Positions 1 through 13,096 of a stretch of DNA of 64,000 nucleotides are shown here, in pieces. Position numbers and translations under genes: made by a program. Every line of letters starts with the position of its first letter. Position 1 is the stretch's first letter. The notes under the pieces were generated by a model. The model was not told the origin of the DNA. It worked only from the letters and a program-made list of their open reading frames with translations, and did no database searches. This DNA comes from Octopus vulgaris (Eukaryota), in contig OX597814.1 of NCBI GenBank assembly GCA_951406725.2, positions 70,246,001 to 70,310,000 of the forward strand, given 5' to 3'.

Positions 1-400
1 GCTAGGTACTTCTGAAGCTGCATTACCAGAAATACAACATCAGTGGTGCTTCTCCTTGGCACAAAACCAAACTGTATCTCATCTAGATTAAACCTACCCC
101 TAATTAGTTGGGCTATGACCCTCTCTGTAACTTTCATCACCTGATCCAACAATTTGATACTTATGTGTTTATTTCTACCTAAGGTATCACCTTTACCTTT
201 GTAGTAGTTGACTATAGTACTGCTACACCAGTCATTGTGTATGACTCCTTCATGTACAACTTGATCAACTATACTGGTGACTAGACCATATCCCATATCG
301 CCAAATATTTTAAGCATCTCAGCAGTTATTCCAGGTGGGCCAGGGGCTTTTTCTGTCTTCATATCCTTCATAGCTTTGTCTACAATGCTTCTGTCTATTC
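1..400 (-). mobile_element. RTE-clade LINE RT fragment
   Basis: Decayed homolog of the RT start at 23270-23680 (YKGKGD, IKLLDQVMKV). Confidence 0.8.
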
Positions 401-506
401 AAACTATAACACTAACAAAAATATTAAACCTTCTCTAAAATATACTTTTGTGCCTTTTCCAACTTTATTTACTCTTTAAACTATATATATATATATATAT
501 ATATAT

Positions 507-2100
507 GGGCATGTTGGATGGCAATCTGGTATCTTCCATGGTGTACATGGGGCCATGGAATTGGTTCCCAAAATGAAGATGGTACAAGGCTACTGGAGTT
601 CTATGATGCATATAACCTATTGATCTGCAACACCAACTTCAGGAAGCCAGCCAACCACCTATCAATCAGGTGACTGTGCTAGCCAGATGGATTGTATTCT
701 CACCAGACAGCAGGATGCATGGTTACTTTTAAATACAAAGACCCTCCCTGGTGAAGAATGTACTCCACAGCATAGACTAATTGTTAGTGACTTTAGACTC
801 CAGCCAGAAGGATGCCAAGAAGCATACCAATCTGGAAAAGAAAGATTTGGAAACTTAAAGACCCTTCATATGGTCAGAGATTTAGGGACATCCTAATTGA
901 GAAATTTGATTAGAGAGGAGGAGCTACAGACTTGTGACTTAGAGGGCAACTGGGAATTCCTGCAGGACAGCTTGCTGAGTGCCACAGACCAAATCTGTGG
1001 TTGGTACAAAGTCCCTTCCAAACCTAGGGTAATGTAGTGGTGGAATGATACTGTAGACAGGGCCATTAAAGCAAAGAAACAGGCCTGGAAGAGAGTGGAT
1101 AGCAGGGAACTGTATCAGATAACCAGAAGGGAAGCTGGGGGAGAGGTATATATAGCCAAGGTAGAAGCAAAAAAGAAGCTTGCCTGTGTTCAGCGACATG
1201 AGCACTAAAGTATTTTGGATTGTAAGACAGTGTGTGAGAGAAGGTGTAGGAGTGGCTGTGTAGTAAATAGCTTGCTTACAAACCACATGGTTCTAGGTTC
1301 AGTCCCACTGCATGGCACCTTGGGCAAGTGTCTTCTATTATAGCCTCGGGCCAACCAAAGCCTTGTGAGTGGATTTGGTAGACGGAAACTGAAAGAAGCC
1401 TGTTGTATATATCTATATGTATGTGTGTTTGTGTGTCTGTGTTTGTCCCCCCAACATCGCTTGACAACTGATGCTGATGTGTTTACGTCCCCGTAACTTA
1501 GTGGTTCGACAAAAGAGACCGATAGAATAAGTACTAGGCTTACAAAGAAAAAGTCTTGGGGTCGATTTGCTCAACTAAAGGTGGTACTCCAGCATGACTA
1601 CAGTCACATGACTGAAACAAGTAAAAGAGTATGTCATAGGAGAGAAATGCATCTGCATGGATGATGGTGCACTTGCATTTAATGATTCTGGAAAGAAAGA
1701 GGCCTGGAGATGCCATTATGAAAGAGTGCTGAATGCGGAAAATGAATGAGAGGAGGAGAGTCTGCCAAATGTTGAGCCAATTGAGGACCAGCTACCCAAA
1801 TTGACAGTACCCTGGGAGATTAAGTAATTAAGGATATGAAGACAAGGAAAACTTCCAGTCCATCAGGAGTCACTTCTAAGATGCTTAAAATATCAGGCAG
1901 TGTGGGTTATAGTCTAGTCACCCATATTGTAAATCAGGTGGTTCACAAAGGAGTCATACCCAATGATTGTTGTAGCAACACCATTGTCAACTGCTATAAA
2001 GGTAAAAGTGATGCCTTAGATAGAAATAATTAACTTAAGAATTAACCTAGCAAAAACCAAAATCTTAGTAAGTAGGAAGGTAGACAGATCACAAACCCAT
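507..2100 (+). mobile_element. RTE-clade LINE relic (APE endonuclease to RT start), split by a SINE
   Basis: PGEECTPQHRLIVSDF and NCYKGKSDALDRNN are homologous to 62056-63300. Many frameshifts. Confidence 0.8.
1244..1630 (+). mobile_element. tRNA-derived SINE (octopus OK/OR-like family)
   Basis: Head GGAGTGGCTGTGTAGTAA...GGTTCAGTCCC (Pol III A/B-box-like), central accttgggcaagt, tail ggtggtactccagcatgac...tgactgaaacaagtaaaag. Copies at 25905 and 42806. Confidence 0.8.
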
Positions 2101-2129
2101 TTTATCTGTAGGTTCACAAATAGGATGCC

Positions 2130-3180
2130 ATTTTATCTACACATGGTTGTGCATAGGTGGATAGAAAATTTATCTGCCTCTTATCTCTGTATGGGGTTGC
2201 TAGCTGATTTCTTTTCTGCTGTTGGATTATTTCACCTCTCTTTTTTTTTTTTTTTTGCTTTTTTTATACCCAACAGTAGCCCTTTTCTACTAGCAATTAC
2301 TGTAGCACACATATATGTTGTCAAAGCATCTAAATCCACCACAAGTTTGACTGAACTAAAAAATCAGTTAAAAAAATAATATATGAACCTGATTATACAA
2401 TGGAAGTTATACATTCCAGACCACATTGTACCCGGGTCATGCTGACTTACATCACTGTCCCTTTTCCCTGTATAAAAACTAAACCCACAGCTGTACCCCA
2501 TATTTGCTTCACAAAACTTCCAAATTTTGATCCCCTACTTTGTGGGTTTTCCTGGCATATATTGTTAGAAATGTTCTCTACCTTTATACTCCACCATGCC
2601 TTTATCTACAGATAAGTATCTATCAGGATTGTGAAGTGTTTTATATGTGTTTTGGACACAGTTGATGAAGTGTCTTATTTTAAATAGGAGATGGAAGTTT
2701 GATTCTCCACATACTAGGTTATTGCTAGTGCCTCTCATATGTAGATATTATTTTAATTTCGTAAGTCATGTCTTTGTCATAATATTGGAAACATATTGGT
2801 CTCCAAAAATTTCACCATTACTCCAGTAATTTTTAATTTGGAGTAATTTCATGGTACCCATAATAATATGGCAAAAATTGCTCGTGTATCTTCTACAATT
2901 GTGGGAAACCAAAAACTACCTTCCTTTTTCAGTTTATTTACTTTCTGCATAATGGCTGGTTTCCACAGCAATTACTTCAAAGAAGCTTATTGGAAAAAGT
3001 AACAGAAAATAGTCTAATGGCTTCAATTCCTGAGAAAGACTAAGTAGGTCCAGTCTCTTCTGAAAAATAGTTTTCAAATTCCAACTCCATTTAGGTATAG
3101 ATTTGCTCTTGCTGTCACTATTGAGTTATCTTCAGAATTGCAAGTGAGATGACATGTTTTCACAAATGTACTTACGAGAT
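2130..3180 (-). mobile_element. Highly decayed Tx1/L1-like ORF1 relic
   Basis: Weak translated resemblance (LPYYYG, VFIQGKG) to ORF1 at 13500-13850. Confidence 0.3.
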
Positions 3181-3249
3181 TTGTGCTGAAATTTACATTT
3201 AAATGTCATTGGGTTTGCCTGGCTGTCTATGGCTGGGTTGGTGTGGAAA

Positions 3250-3703
3250 GGATTAAAAATCTGATAGCTAACATTAGTAATAGGATATCAAATCTATCTT
3301 CTAAACAAATATTTCATGAAGCAGCCCCTTACTATAACAATGCCCTAACTAACAGCTGCTTCAGAGATAAAATATATTACAAATCTTTAAGTAAAAACAG
3401 GAATCATAAAAATTGACCAAGGAAACTAATTCGGTTCAACCCTTCTTTCTCCCTTAATGTTACGGCTAACTTAGGCAAGAATTTCCTGTTTCTTTTAGAT
3501 AAGCATTTTCCATTAAATCATAAATACAGGAAAATTTTTAACAGATGCTCAAAAAGATATACAGCTGCTGCCCCAATATGAAGAACATTATAACTTGCAA
3601 AAATCACCAAGAAACCACTCCCATTTGTAACTGTTGGGACCCTGAAGCTTGCCCACTTGATCAGGTGTGTATGATGAATTCTGTCATATACAAAGCTGCT
3701 GTC
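3250..3703 (+). mobile_element. Penelope-like element fragment (RT C-terminus/linker up to GIY-YIG start)
   Basis: AAPYYNNAL, FNPSFSLNVTANLGKNFL..LDKHFP, YSCCPNMKNII and CNC...CPL...C...VIYKA are typical PLE linker motifs. Confidence 0.8.
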
Positions 3704-3723
3704 TATCTATCTATTTATCTTTA

Positions 3724-3779
<56 letters not shown>

Positions 3780-3796
3780 CTTTGTGATGGCCTATA

Positions 3797-3832
<36 letters not shown>

Positions 3833-3845
3833 CATATGTATGTAT

Positions 3846-5995
3846 ATTTCGAAAAATATTTTCGAATAATCCTAGTGGTTACAATGTTTCCTTCAAATTG
3901 GTTTTAAATGCCAGCTGGTGATACCCGAGTTAGTAACAAGTTACTTGACTCTGGTAATTATTCACACTTGGTAAATCTAAGCGTCCTTTTCAGGACTACA
4001 TAGTTTCTGTAGAGTAAGTAATAATATTAATAATGGTCAGGGGAACAAAGATTTTCCACATGTTACTTACTTATTAAACAGTTACTTACAGCATTCTTTT
4101 GTGGGACAGAAATCATTGTACACAGGTCAGCAGAATTAAAACAGGTAATAGCCAACTTAGGAATGAAAGGATAGATAAGGATAAGAAGATCAAACAATGG
4201 GTAATAACCATGGAACACCAGATAAGGTGATGATTAGCAATGATTTTAAGAAAATGGAACTGTATAATCTACTAAATAACTTTGATAGTAACAAAAACTT
4301 TAGTAGGCAGCACCCAAATAGAGGAGGTAACAAATATGTAAGCCAGTCCTTCAGAAATACACAAATAAGTAACAGACCAAATATGAAAACCAGAGAAATA
4401 GGATAAATACTCCAAAAATTTCTCTAATAAAATATCTGATAATACAAAGTGGCATATAATTCCCTTCAGAAAGCAAATTCTTTCCAACATTCCTAAATTA
4501 TTCTATTCAGCAGTGGTAAAATATTTTCCAAGAAATAGTAAATACTTTAGTGTATTTAATAACCACAAAATTAGGCTTGCGTTTTCCAGCAGCAGGAACC
4601 TAGTGCAAATTATAGCTGCACACAAGTTAAATAATTTCTATGAGAATACTATTAATATTAATCAAAACAGAAATAGCGAATTAGGAATAAACGGTAATGA
4701 GACAAGCCTTATTGGTAGAGCTAGTGACCAGAAAATTAGCTACAACAAAGGAACTAATATAAGAGAAGCAACCACTAACTCAACTACTAGACTAGAAAGA
4801 GAAGACAAGAACATTAGAAAGTGCACTACACAATGTCAACAATGGGAATATTGAAAATAACCTGGAATATAGGTGAAATAAATTAGAGAATACAAATGAT
4901 CAAAACAATAGAGAAGATAAGAACAGAATTATAAGAATTAATAACTGTGATTATGCAAAAAGAAAATTATGTCTGTTAAAATCACAATGTAAAATTTAAA
5001 ATGTGGTTTACAGGTGTAAAATTATATCAGAAGGTATAGAATATTTCTATATAGGTGCTAGTTCATGTTTTATAAAATGTAGGATAACTAACCATGAAAA
5101 TTCATTTAAAGATAAAAGTATGAAATATAAAATGAGCTTAAGTAAATTAATTTGGTCACTAAAGGATAGTAATAGAATATACTCAATTGGCCGGGACATA
5201 ATTAGTTGGGCTAAACCATATAGTATATGGAATAAATGATGTGAGTTATGTGTTGATGAAATATACCAGGTTTCCACTTCAAAATGTGATCTGATAAACT
5301 CTAGACAGGAACATGGCTTAAGATGCATTCATGCAAATAAAAATACATTTAATAAATTCAGATAAATGCATTATACAAAATAAGCATGAAAATTATAAAT
5401 TACTAGAATAACAATTGTGAAAACAAAAACAATAAGCCAAAATTAAATGAACACCTCTAAAAATAAAAATTCTCTTCCAAATGAGTAAAATGGTAAGCTT
5501 GTATTTAATAAATTCAAATAAGTGCATTATGTTTAATAAAGCAAGAAAATTATAAATTAATAGAATAACAATTGTGAAAACAAAAACAAATAATAAAACA
5601 AAATTCATACCTCAAAAAATAAAATTTTCCTTTAAATGAGTAGAATGATAATCTTTATGATAATACTAATACTAATGAACTTGCTCAAACTCCTAACTTT
5701 GACCTATTTTTAAGACTATACCTAACTCTACATATCAAACTAACCGAGGTGAACTTTGGGTCAAGAATGATACAAACATTTATAGTAACACCAACACCTC
5801 CTTAAAATATACTCTATTCACTCACCTTAACTTTGAATGGCAGTAAATAATGGACCCCAAAGAAACCTCATCGACAATAACACCAGAATATGCAGCTAAC
5901 AGTTGAAATGCACATAGGTCCACAAGAGAATGCTGTAAATAACTGTTTATAAAAATTAGATGTGGAAAATCTCCATTCTCCTGACCATTAAGTAC
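3846..5995 (+). mobile_element. Penelope-like element with GIY-YIG endonuclease, no recognisable RT, inverted terminal segments
   Basis: VKYFP..SKY..VFNNHKIRLAFSSSRNL and VVYRCKI....YFYIGAS...KCRITNHENSF...LSKLIWSLK. 4031-4104 is an inverted copy of 5920-5990. Flanked by TA/TG microsatellites. Confidence 0.7.
5348..5648. repeat. Two-copy ~156-bp direct repeat in the PLE 3' region
   Basis: tttaataaattca...gaataacaattgtgaaaacaaaaac...aaatgagta begins at both 5348 and 5504. Confidence 0.8.
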
Positions 5996-6015
5996 TATAT
6001 ATGTGTGTGTGTGTG

Positions 6016-7243
6016 TTAGCAGATTGTCTGGAAAGTTCTGCACATTTTTTGATATGCAAAAAGGGATATAAATAAATTTTATTCAATGAAATAATTTCCA
6101 TTATTATTAATGACCTTTGCCCATCTATCAGGCAATTTAAATATTCCATCAGCATGAAATTTGACTGGTTTTGAAAAAAAAAAAGTTATCTAGATGCATT
6201 TTGACTCCATCTAAATCCTGAAATGTTTTTCTTTGGAATGAGTTCTTTAGAGACAAAAACAAGTGGTAGTCAGATGGTACAGTATCAGGAAAATATGGTG
6301 GATGGAGTAAGAGATCCCAGCCAAGTTCAGGTAACTTTGTTCAAGTAGCCAAAGACACATGTTCGGGTTGGAACACTACTCCTTTTCTGTTGGCAGTCCC
6401 TGGCTTCATTACTTTGATTTCTTTTGGTTCAAATTAGCCAGCTGATGACAGTACACATCAGAATTAATGATCTGGTTTTGTGGGAGAAGCTCATGATAAA
6501 TAATGGCTTTATGATCCCACCAAACACAAAGCATAGCTTTTTTGGCATGGATATTCATCTTTGGTTACTGTTTGGGGGGGATCCTTATGCAAACTCCAGG
6601 ATCTTTTTTGCACTATATTTTCGTACACAATTCATTTTTCATCTCCAGCCTCAAGTTGTTGCAAAAAGGGGCATGCTTCCATTTTGTTTCAAAAGTGTAT
6701 CACAAACAGAATTCCTGTTCAAGCAATTCTTTTCTGAGAGTTTGTGAGGGCCCCATACATTATAGCTTCCCTAGGTGTTCATGAGCTGTACTTTTAGAAA
6801 CTCCCAACTCCTCTGCAAGTTCTCTAGTTGTGATATTTGAGTTTTCTTCAATTTTTGCCTTCAAAACACCTTCATCCAAGTTTGAAGGTCTTCCAAGTTA
6901 AACTCACTAGCTTTAAATTTTGCAAGGTATCTTCAAACAGTTGATTCACCTACAGCATCATCACCATAAACATCACAAATGTTTTTTGCAAGTCTTTGCA
7001 GCATTTTTACCTTTTTAAAAAAAGAAAAGCATTGCAACGCAAATAGAAAATATTTGGTTATCCATTTCAAATGTCAAAGCATAACTGGAATGAAAGATAA
7101 ATCTAATTTTAGTCAGGAACAAAGCAGAGATGTGCTACCACTTCAAGCAATGCCAAAGTTTTAAGTATGTTCCAGGTATGTTTGATGAAGCATTAAAAGA
7201 TTTAGCTTAAAAATGCTCAGAACTTATCAGGCAACCTAATATA
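6016..7243 (-). mobile_element. Decayed mariner transposon
   Basis: Degenerate TIRs (ttgtctggaaagttctg / cagaacttatcaggcaacctaata). Minus-strand HPPYFPDTVPSDYHLF near 6255-6305. Confidence 0.75.
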
Positions 7244-7779
7244 TCTATATAGACTTCTATTTTGTAGGACTGATGAAACCTTGTGAGTAGATGTGGTAGA
7301 TGAAAACCTCCATATGTCTGTGTGCATACTTTTATGTGTGTGTGTCTACATATATGTGTGATTGTGTGTGTATATACACACGTACATTATGTAGGTGAAG
7401 TTGCAGAAATTCTATGACAACCACTTCTGAAACCTTTCCAGAGGTATGGCAAGGAGCCAAATCCTGCTATTACATATATGGCCTTAAAGCAGCAACCCTC
7501 TCCAGTTACCTGAATTGAGCCTGTACAAAGAAGACAATGAAATCTGTTGTGATTTGTTATAAACAAATGTTTTTATTCTTTTCATGCGCAAAAATAAATA
7601 CTGTTACAACAAACGACAAAATGTCCAGAGTGTTGGTTGCAGTTATTGACCATTCATTGGCTTGGTGTTATCAATTGTTGCTCTGGTGAGTCAGTCAAAC
7701 CACTTGAGGAAAGGTCTTCTTTGAAATTGGTAGGTCTGCTTCCTGTAAGATTGGGTCATTATATAGGCCAAAGGACTAC

Positions 7780-8230
7780 CTCATATTTTGTATCTTTACA
7801 AGTCCACAATTTGTCCTTGCATGGAATACTTTTTCATATTTGGGAAGGTGCACCATCTTGTCACTTCAACCTCTTTGATCTCGTTCAAAAGCAAGTCTCT
7901 AATTTGATTGGTACCTCTCTTACTTCAACTCTGCAACCCTTATAACACTAACATAACATCACCAATCTTAATGTTTTCTATTATTATTACCACAGGAAGT
8001 ACTTTGATGAAATTTCTTTCTTGGTTCCAAATCAGCTTATGCCATGTCATTTGATTTGAAACTCACAGCATTTTCATCCAAATGCTGTTGTGCTTCTACA
8101 AATAAGGAAGTCATATGATCATAACTTTTTTCCTCAAACTTCCATCTCATTGTTTTCCTCTTTCTTATGACCTGAACTCTTTCAAATCTAAAATAAATTC
8201 ATTCCATATGTTTTAATTTCTCCTTTGTAG
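7780..8230 (+). mobile_element. LINE 3' relic (Jockey/CR1-group-like)
   Basis: HIWEGAPS...DLVQKQ...LQPL. A related relic lies at about 10330-10560. Confidence 0.5.
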
Positions 8231-8751
8231 TTCTTTACACTAAACAGCTTCTTGCTTTGTTCGGAACTTTCTTATAAAAAAGAGGAAAAAATGAATAGTC
8301 TAATTAAAATAGTCTTTTTCATATATTACCTGTAAACTACAAACCTAAAGATATGTTTTGTTAGTATAATATTGGGTGGGCTATTCTCAGTAACTCTTTC
8401 ATCTGATAATTCTTAAATTCTCTTCCTTGGTTGACTTAATTTTCCATTTCTCTGAAATTGAAGGAAACAATTAGACTATGAATGATTTAGAAAATATTTA
8501 CTGGAGTGATTATTGCATGTTTAATAGTGTATGTTCATATATTTGTGTGTGTGTATCTTTTTTTATCTATCTATATTTTTGTCATAGAATACAATTAAAT
8601 CTACTACCCTTAATCAAATTTTCTAAGTAGATATCTTTTTACTCAAATTAGTTGGTTATGATGGGAAATCATTTAAAATGAACCATCATTTAATGAAGAA
8701 AAAAAAAGACATATATTATTCAATTTGTTAAATTTTTTTTTTTTTTTCCAG

Positions 8752-9130
8752 ACCGGAATCAATCACTTGATAGCTTGAATTTTGACTCCATGACAAGTTT
8801 AGCATCATTGGCTTCCACCAGCAGCATAGAAATTGACATTTTTCCCACACAGAAGTTACAACACATCAACAAAGCACGGCCAAAGCGCAAGAAAAATCAT
8901 GCCATCACAAAACCACAGACAAAGATCATTAATGAAGTAGTAGACATTAATGCTGATGAAGGCTTAGGCAACTTTTTTAACAACTTAAGAAGCATGAAAG
9001 AGACTGTTTCAACTCCAGAAGATATTGGCCAGCTTCCAAAAGACAAGCATCAGATAGATGTTAACAGATATTCTTCTTTGAGTGAAGCTGATGGACCCCT
9101 AGTTGACAAGAATGACAAAACTGAAGTCAG
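8752..9130 (+). CDS. CARMIL: CARMIL/LRRC16-like capping protein regulator, internal exon A (CPI and CSI motifs)
   Basis: Polypyrimidine acceptor (t)n-ccag|8752 and donor cag|gtaatt at 9130. The open frame contains KLQHINKARPKRKK (CPI consensus LxHxTxxRPK, 8856-8885) and ADEGLGNFF (CSI-like DEGxxxFF, 8955-8978). The exon ends in phase 2. Confidence 0.85.
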
Positions 9131-11079
9131 GTAATTGTTTGCTTGTTTTTGTTCTTGCTTTATGAGCTTTAGACTAGAAGTTCAAATGTGTATGGAACTT
9201 AAATATCAACCGAGTAATAAAAGCAGCAAATATGTAAGTAATTAAACTTGTTTATTTGGATGTGTAATACGAACTTCACAGACAGTAAAGTAGAGAAAGT
9301 GTTTTACTATCACACAATTTTTTTTGTTTTGTACTTACAATTAGCTTGTGGTCTCAGCCAAAGTTTAAATGCATATAGTCTTTTTGAGTGAAAATTTGCC
9401 ACAAAATAGGCATTAGTAGAGGGTTTGCTTATAGAGGACCTCTGAAAGAGAATAAAGCATGGATACAAGTTGGGAAGCAACTTGTGTCTTCAAACTGACA
9501 CCTTGGAATTGATAATTTAGAGAGGAAAAGTTACTGAGGTAACATATTGAGACCTTTTATGCAACTGATACTACTGACATATTCCCAGTATACAATACTA
9601 CCACAAGAGCTGCTATGTTCACAAATGAAAATCATTTGAACTGATGATGAAAATTCTCTAGTTTATTTCTTCTATTGTAACTGTCTCATATGAATGCAAA
9701 TTTTAATGCGGATTGCAGTCCATGTCAGTATTCCATCACCTACATGACCACATATTTTACATTACAGATTTCATGATATGATGATAATCTGATTACAACT
9801 TATTTTTGCTGGATAAGTGAAATTTTTTTGTTCCCCAGTCATTTCAGGACAGTCATTAATTTCACCATTGATAAGCAATTAACATTTCCTTAATCTCCCT
9901 TCTGTTCATAGTAACAAAAACCAAATTCTTTAACTCATCTAGTCTTCAAATAGAAGAACTGTAGCTAATTGAATTAAAACTGTACATACACATTTTTCTA
10001 TTACCCAGAGTTACCAATCCAGGTTAAATGCATGCACACACATACACGAGATTGTACATGAACCTAGGCAGTACAATTTCATTTCATTTAAGTAAGATGT
10101 TTAATCTCTAAGAATGCAAAATGACTCAACATATAGTTGGTTCTATGACTTTGTGAATTAAAAAACAGGAAGAATACACCTCAAAAATACCACACATGGG
10201 ATGTCTGCATGGAACATCTAGATGAGGTTCTGACTATACTTTTTTTAGTTAATTTCTTTTTGGTGGAGATGAGGTTGAACGTTATGTAGGAGTTAAACAA
10301 GCATGATTACAAAGAAAAATTCATGTATCTATGTACCCTGCAGGCTTTTCAAGGATTTTGAACTGCTATTTATACATTTGATTGGGCCCTCTTTTGTTTC
10401 AACTCTCCAACCATTGTCACATTGACATGACATCACCAGTCTTAGTCTTTTTGAAAGTGCTCTGATGAAATTTTTCTCTTAGTTCCAGATCATCTTATAC
10501 CATCTCACTTGATTTGAATCTCACAGCATTTTCATACAAATGTTGTTTCATCCAGTTTAATGTCACAACAGACTGTTAAACAGATATACATATTTAGTCT
10601 TGCAATACTTCACTTAAGAGACTTTTCCTCATTAAAATTCTAAACTACCAACTGCTAGGCATGAGTTCACTCTCCAATTCATATTTACTTTTAATGCTTT
10701 TTTATATGTCCTCATTTTTGTGTCCAGACTGAATTCAAAAATATAAGAATGCCTTTTCACTCTGTTCTATATAATTACTTAGCATTTAATTTCTAAATTA
10801 TTATCATTGTAGCTTCTGTGTTATTTTCTGTTGGCTTATTTATTTATGTTTATTATTTTTATATTATCATGTAGTGTAAAATATGAGGCCAAACCTGAAC
10901 TGAAAAAGAAAAATTGGAATCCTTTTGATAAGTAAGAGATAAGAATTTTCTTTTAAAAACACAAATATCAGCTTCAACTTAAAAAAGATTAATTCTTGAA
11001 TGTTTATTTTTGCATGTATCTCCTTTTCACATTATGAGAGAAAAATAAAAGTTCTTAGCTAAGAGCAAGCTGCTATACC

Positions 11080-12030
11080 TAGAATTTATTGATCTAGAGA
11101 TGACCCTTGTCAGAGTATCACACTTTGTAGTCATCAAACTCACTAAGAATATAAATGAATGATATGTGACAACCATACAAGTCATGTACAAAGGTGTTGT
11201 CAGCAAGGTGGCAATTAGCAATGAGTTCAGTAAGGAACGTGCAATTAAGTGTCAATGAAGACTTCATTCTCAGCCCCTTCCTATTTACTATAATTCTCCA
11301 TGCTATAAGGATGCCTAAGTTTAAAAGTGGCTGTCTATAGGAACACCTGTATGCAAAAAACCTAGTAATCAGTCAAAGAATTAGAGGACAAATTCCAAAT
11401 ATGGAATTATGACCTGAAAGTCAAGCTGGCTATACAAAAGTCTTAGCAAGAAAGAACACGGAACCCAACTGCATCTAGAAAGTGGCCATGTTTAACATTC
11501 AGAAAATGCATTGTAAGGAAATCTATACTGTGTACTTGATGTAAATTGAGTGTAAAAAAGGTGCACTGGAATTTAGGCTGACAGAAATGAACTTCACATG
11601 TAGCAGATGCACAAGAAGTTAGCAGTAAGAACACCCATAAAACAAATTATTTCAAATGCTCAGGACAATCATTAGAAATAATTTTTTATGGAAGTGACCT
11701 AATCAATAATGTATAAATAGATGAGTATTGTAAAACCAGATTATCTCTTTTAAGGACAGAGTAAAAAAAGTTCAGAAAAATTACCTGTTGGCAACATAGG
11801 TTTCTCACTATATTTTGCTTGTATAGGAAATGTGATATTACATAGTAATAAAATATGGGCTCTGACTGAGGTCAGTGTGCAAAGGTTTAGCAAAAATGAA
11901 ATCTGCATGTAGGCCTGAACAGTGAAGGAGCTTATGAACACAGACAGAAGAGAAGCTTGATTTCAGGGAGTTCAGTATCACAAAAGGATGACAAGATGCT
12001 GTGCTGGTGCAGATTTCTCCAACCCATGCT
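11080..12030 (+). mobile_element. Old RTE relic
   Basis: Diverged similarity to the RT 3' half at 63570-64000 (gtcagcaaggtg...gagttcagt, ctcagccccttcctattt). Confidence 0.6.
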
Positions 12031-12329
12031 AACATGGAAAAAGTAGATATAAAATGGTAATGATATACATATAGCTTTGTGGGTTATAACTTCAAAAGAG
12101 AAGATATAATACCTAAGTTGAGAACATAAAACATTGATCATGTACTGGGATGGATATAACCTATATAATTTTGCCAGCAATTCCTGGCCTTTTATTTATA
12201 TCAAATAATAATAACAATAAAAATCATTGGATCAGTGATATCAACTAGCTCTTCCACTCAAAATTGCTGGCCTTGTAAAATTAGAAATGCTATTATTATT
12301 ATTATTGCTAGCATTTCTGGCAAACCACA

Positions 12330-12458
12330 CTTAACTTTAGCTTCAGAAAATTTATCAAAAAATTGAGTTTTTTACACTGAAATTCACTGTATTTACATTT
12401 GATAGGGAAGATATCTATATATTTTCAAGGGTGAATAAGCATCGACAGCAAGCAAGCC
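12330..12458 (+). mobile_element. 5' half of an old hammerhead-bearing retrozyme-like element (interrupted)
   Basis: ttttcaaggg, ataagca and cagcaagc (12422-12453) are complementary to 19272-19313. Ends in the 13-mer cagcaagcaagcc. Confidence 0.65.
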
Positions 12459-12824
12459 GAGCATTCCACAGTGGATGTGGAGTAACAATGACAGCTCACG
12501 CAGATTGTACTTAGATAGGGTATCCGTTAGGAAAAGAGATAAGAATACTTTTAGTTGTCCACAGTTTTGTATTGTGCCTTTTACGGATCACAAATTTGTG
12601 ACATGTGAGGTACATTTAAATAAATGTCATAGACAGGGCCCCGGTTACTGGAAGATGAACAAATCCATTTTGACTTGTGAAGCCTTTTGTACCCGGATTA
12701 AGGAGTTAGTACAGAGGGCATTGTAAATATATACATCTCACATTCATCCTTCATATGTTTTATGTTCCTGCATGTCTTTGTATGTCCCCTCTGTAATTAG
12801 GCCTTGTGCCTGTACTAGACAATT
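12459..12824 (+). mobile_element. Short, internally deleted Tx1-like LINE copy (EN fragment plus 3' UTR)
   Basis: 12459-12724 is a diverged copy of 15049-15312 (YLDRV, FTDHKFV). It is followed by a 3' UTR-like tail and tagctagcaagcc (12825-12837). Confidence 0.75.
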
Positions 12825-13096
12825 TAGCTAGCAAGCCAAGCCTTTTCTCTTCAAGTCATTTTGATTGCCACCATTGTTATGTGAGTTTGATTCTGGTTGT
12901 TTCTGTTATTATAATTTGTTGATTGCTGTATTGTCATTTGAACTATTGTCTGTGTGTTAACTGTAGTTTTCGCCCTGCAGGGCCAAAAATACTGTTTAAA
13001 AAATTTTTTGTTGTTGGAATACTTCTTCCAAAAATTATTTTTTGTTTTCCCAGTACTGGGTGTTGTTTTTGTCAATAATGACAAGTAACAAAAAAA

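Noticed and set aside
7270-10475. Isolated CTGATGA words (near 7270, 9641 and 10462)
   Set aside because: No correctly spaced stem II, GAAA or closing stem I.
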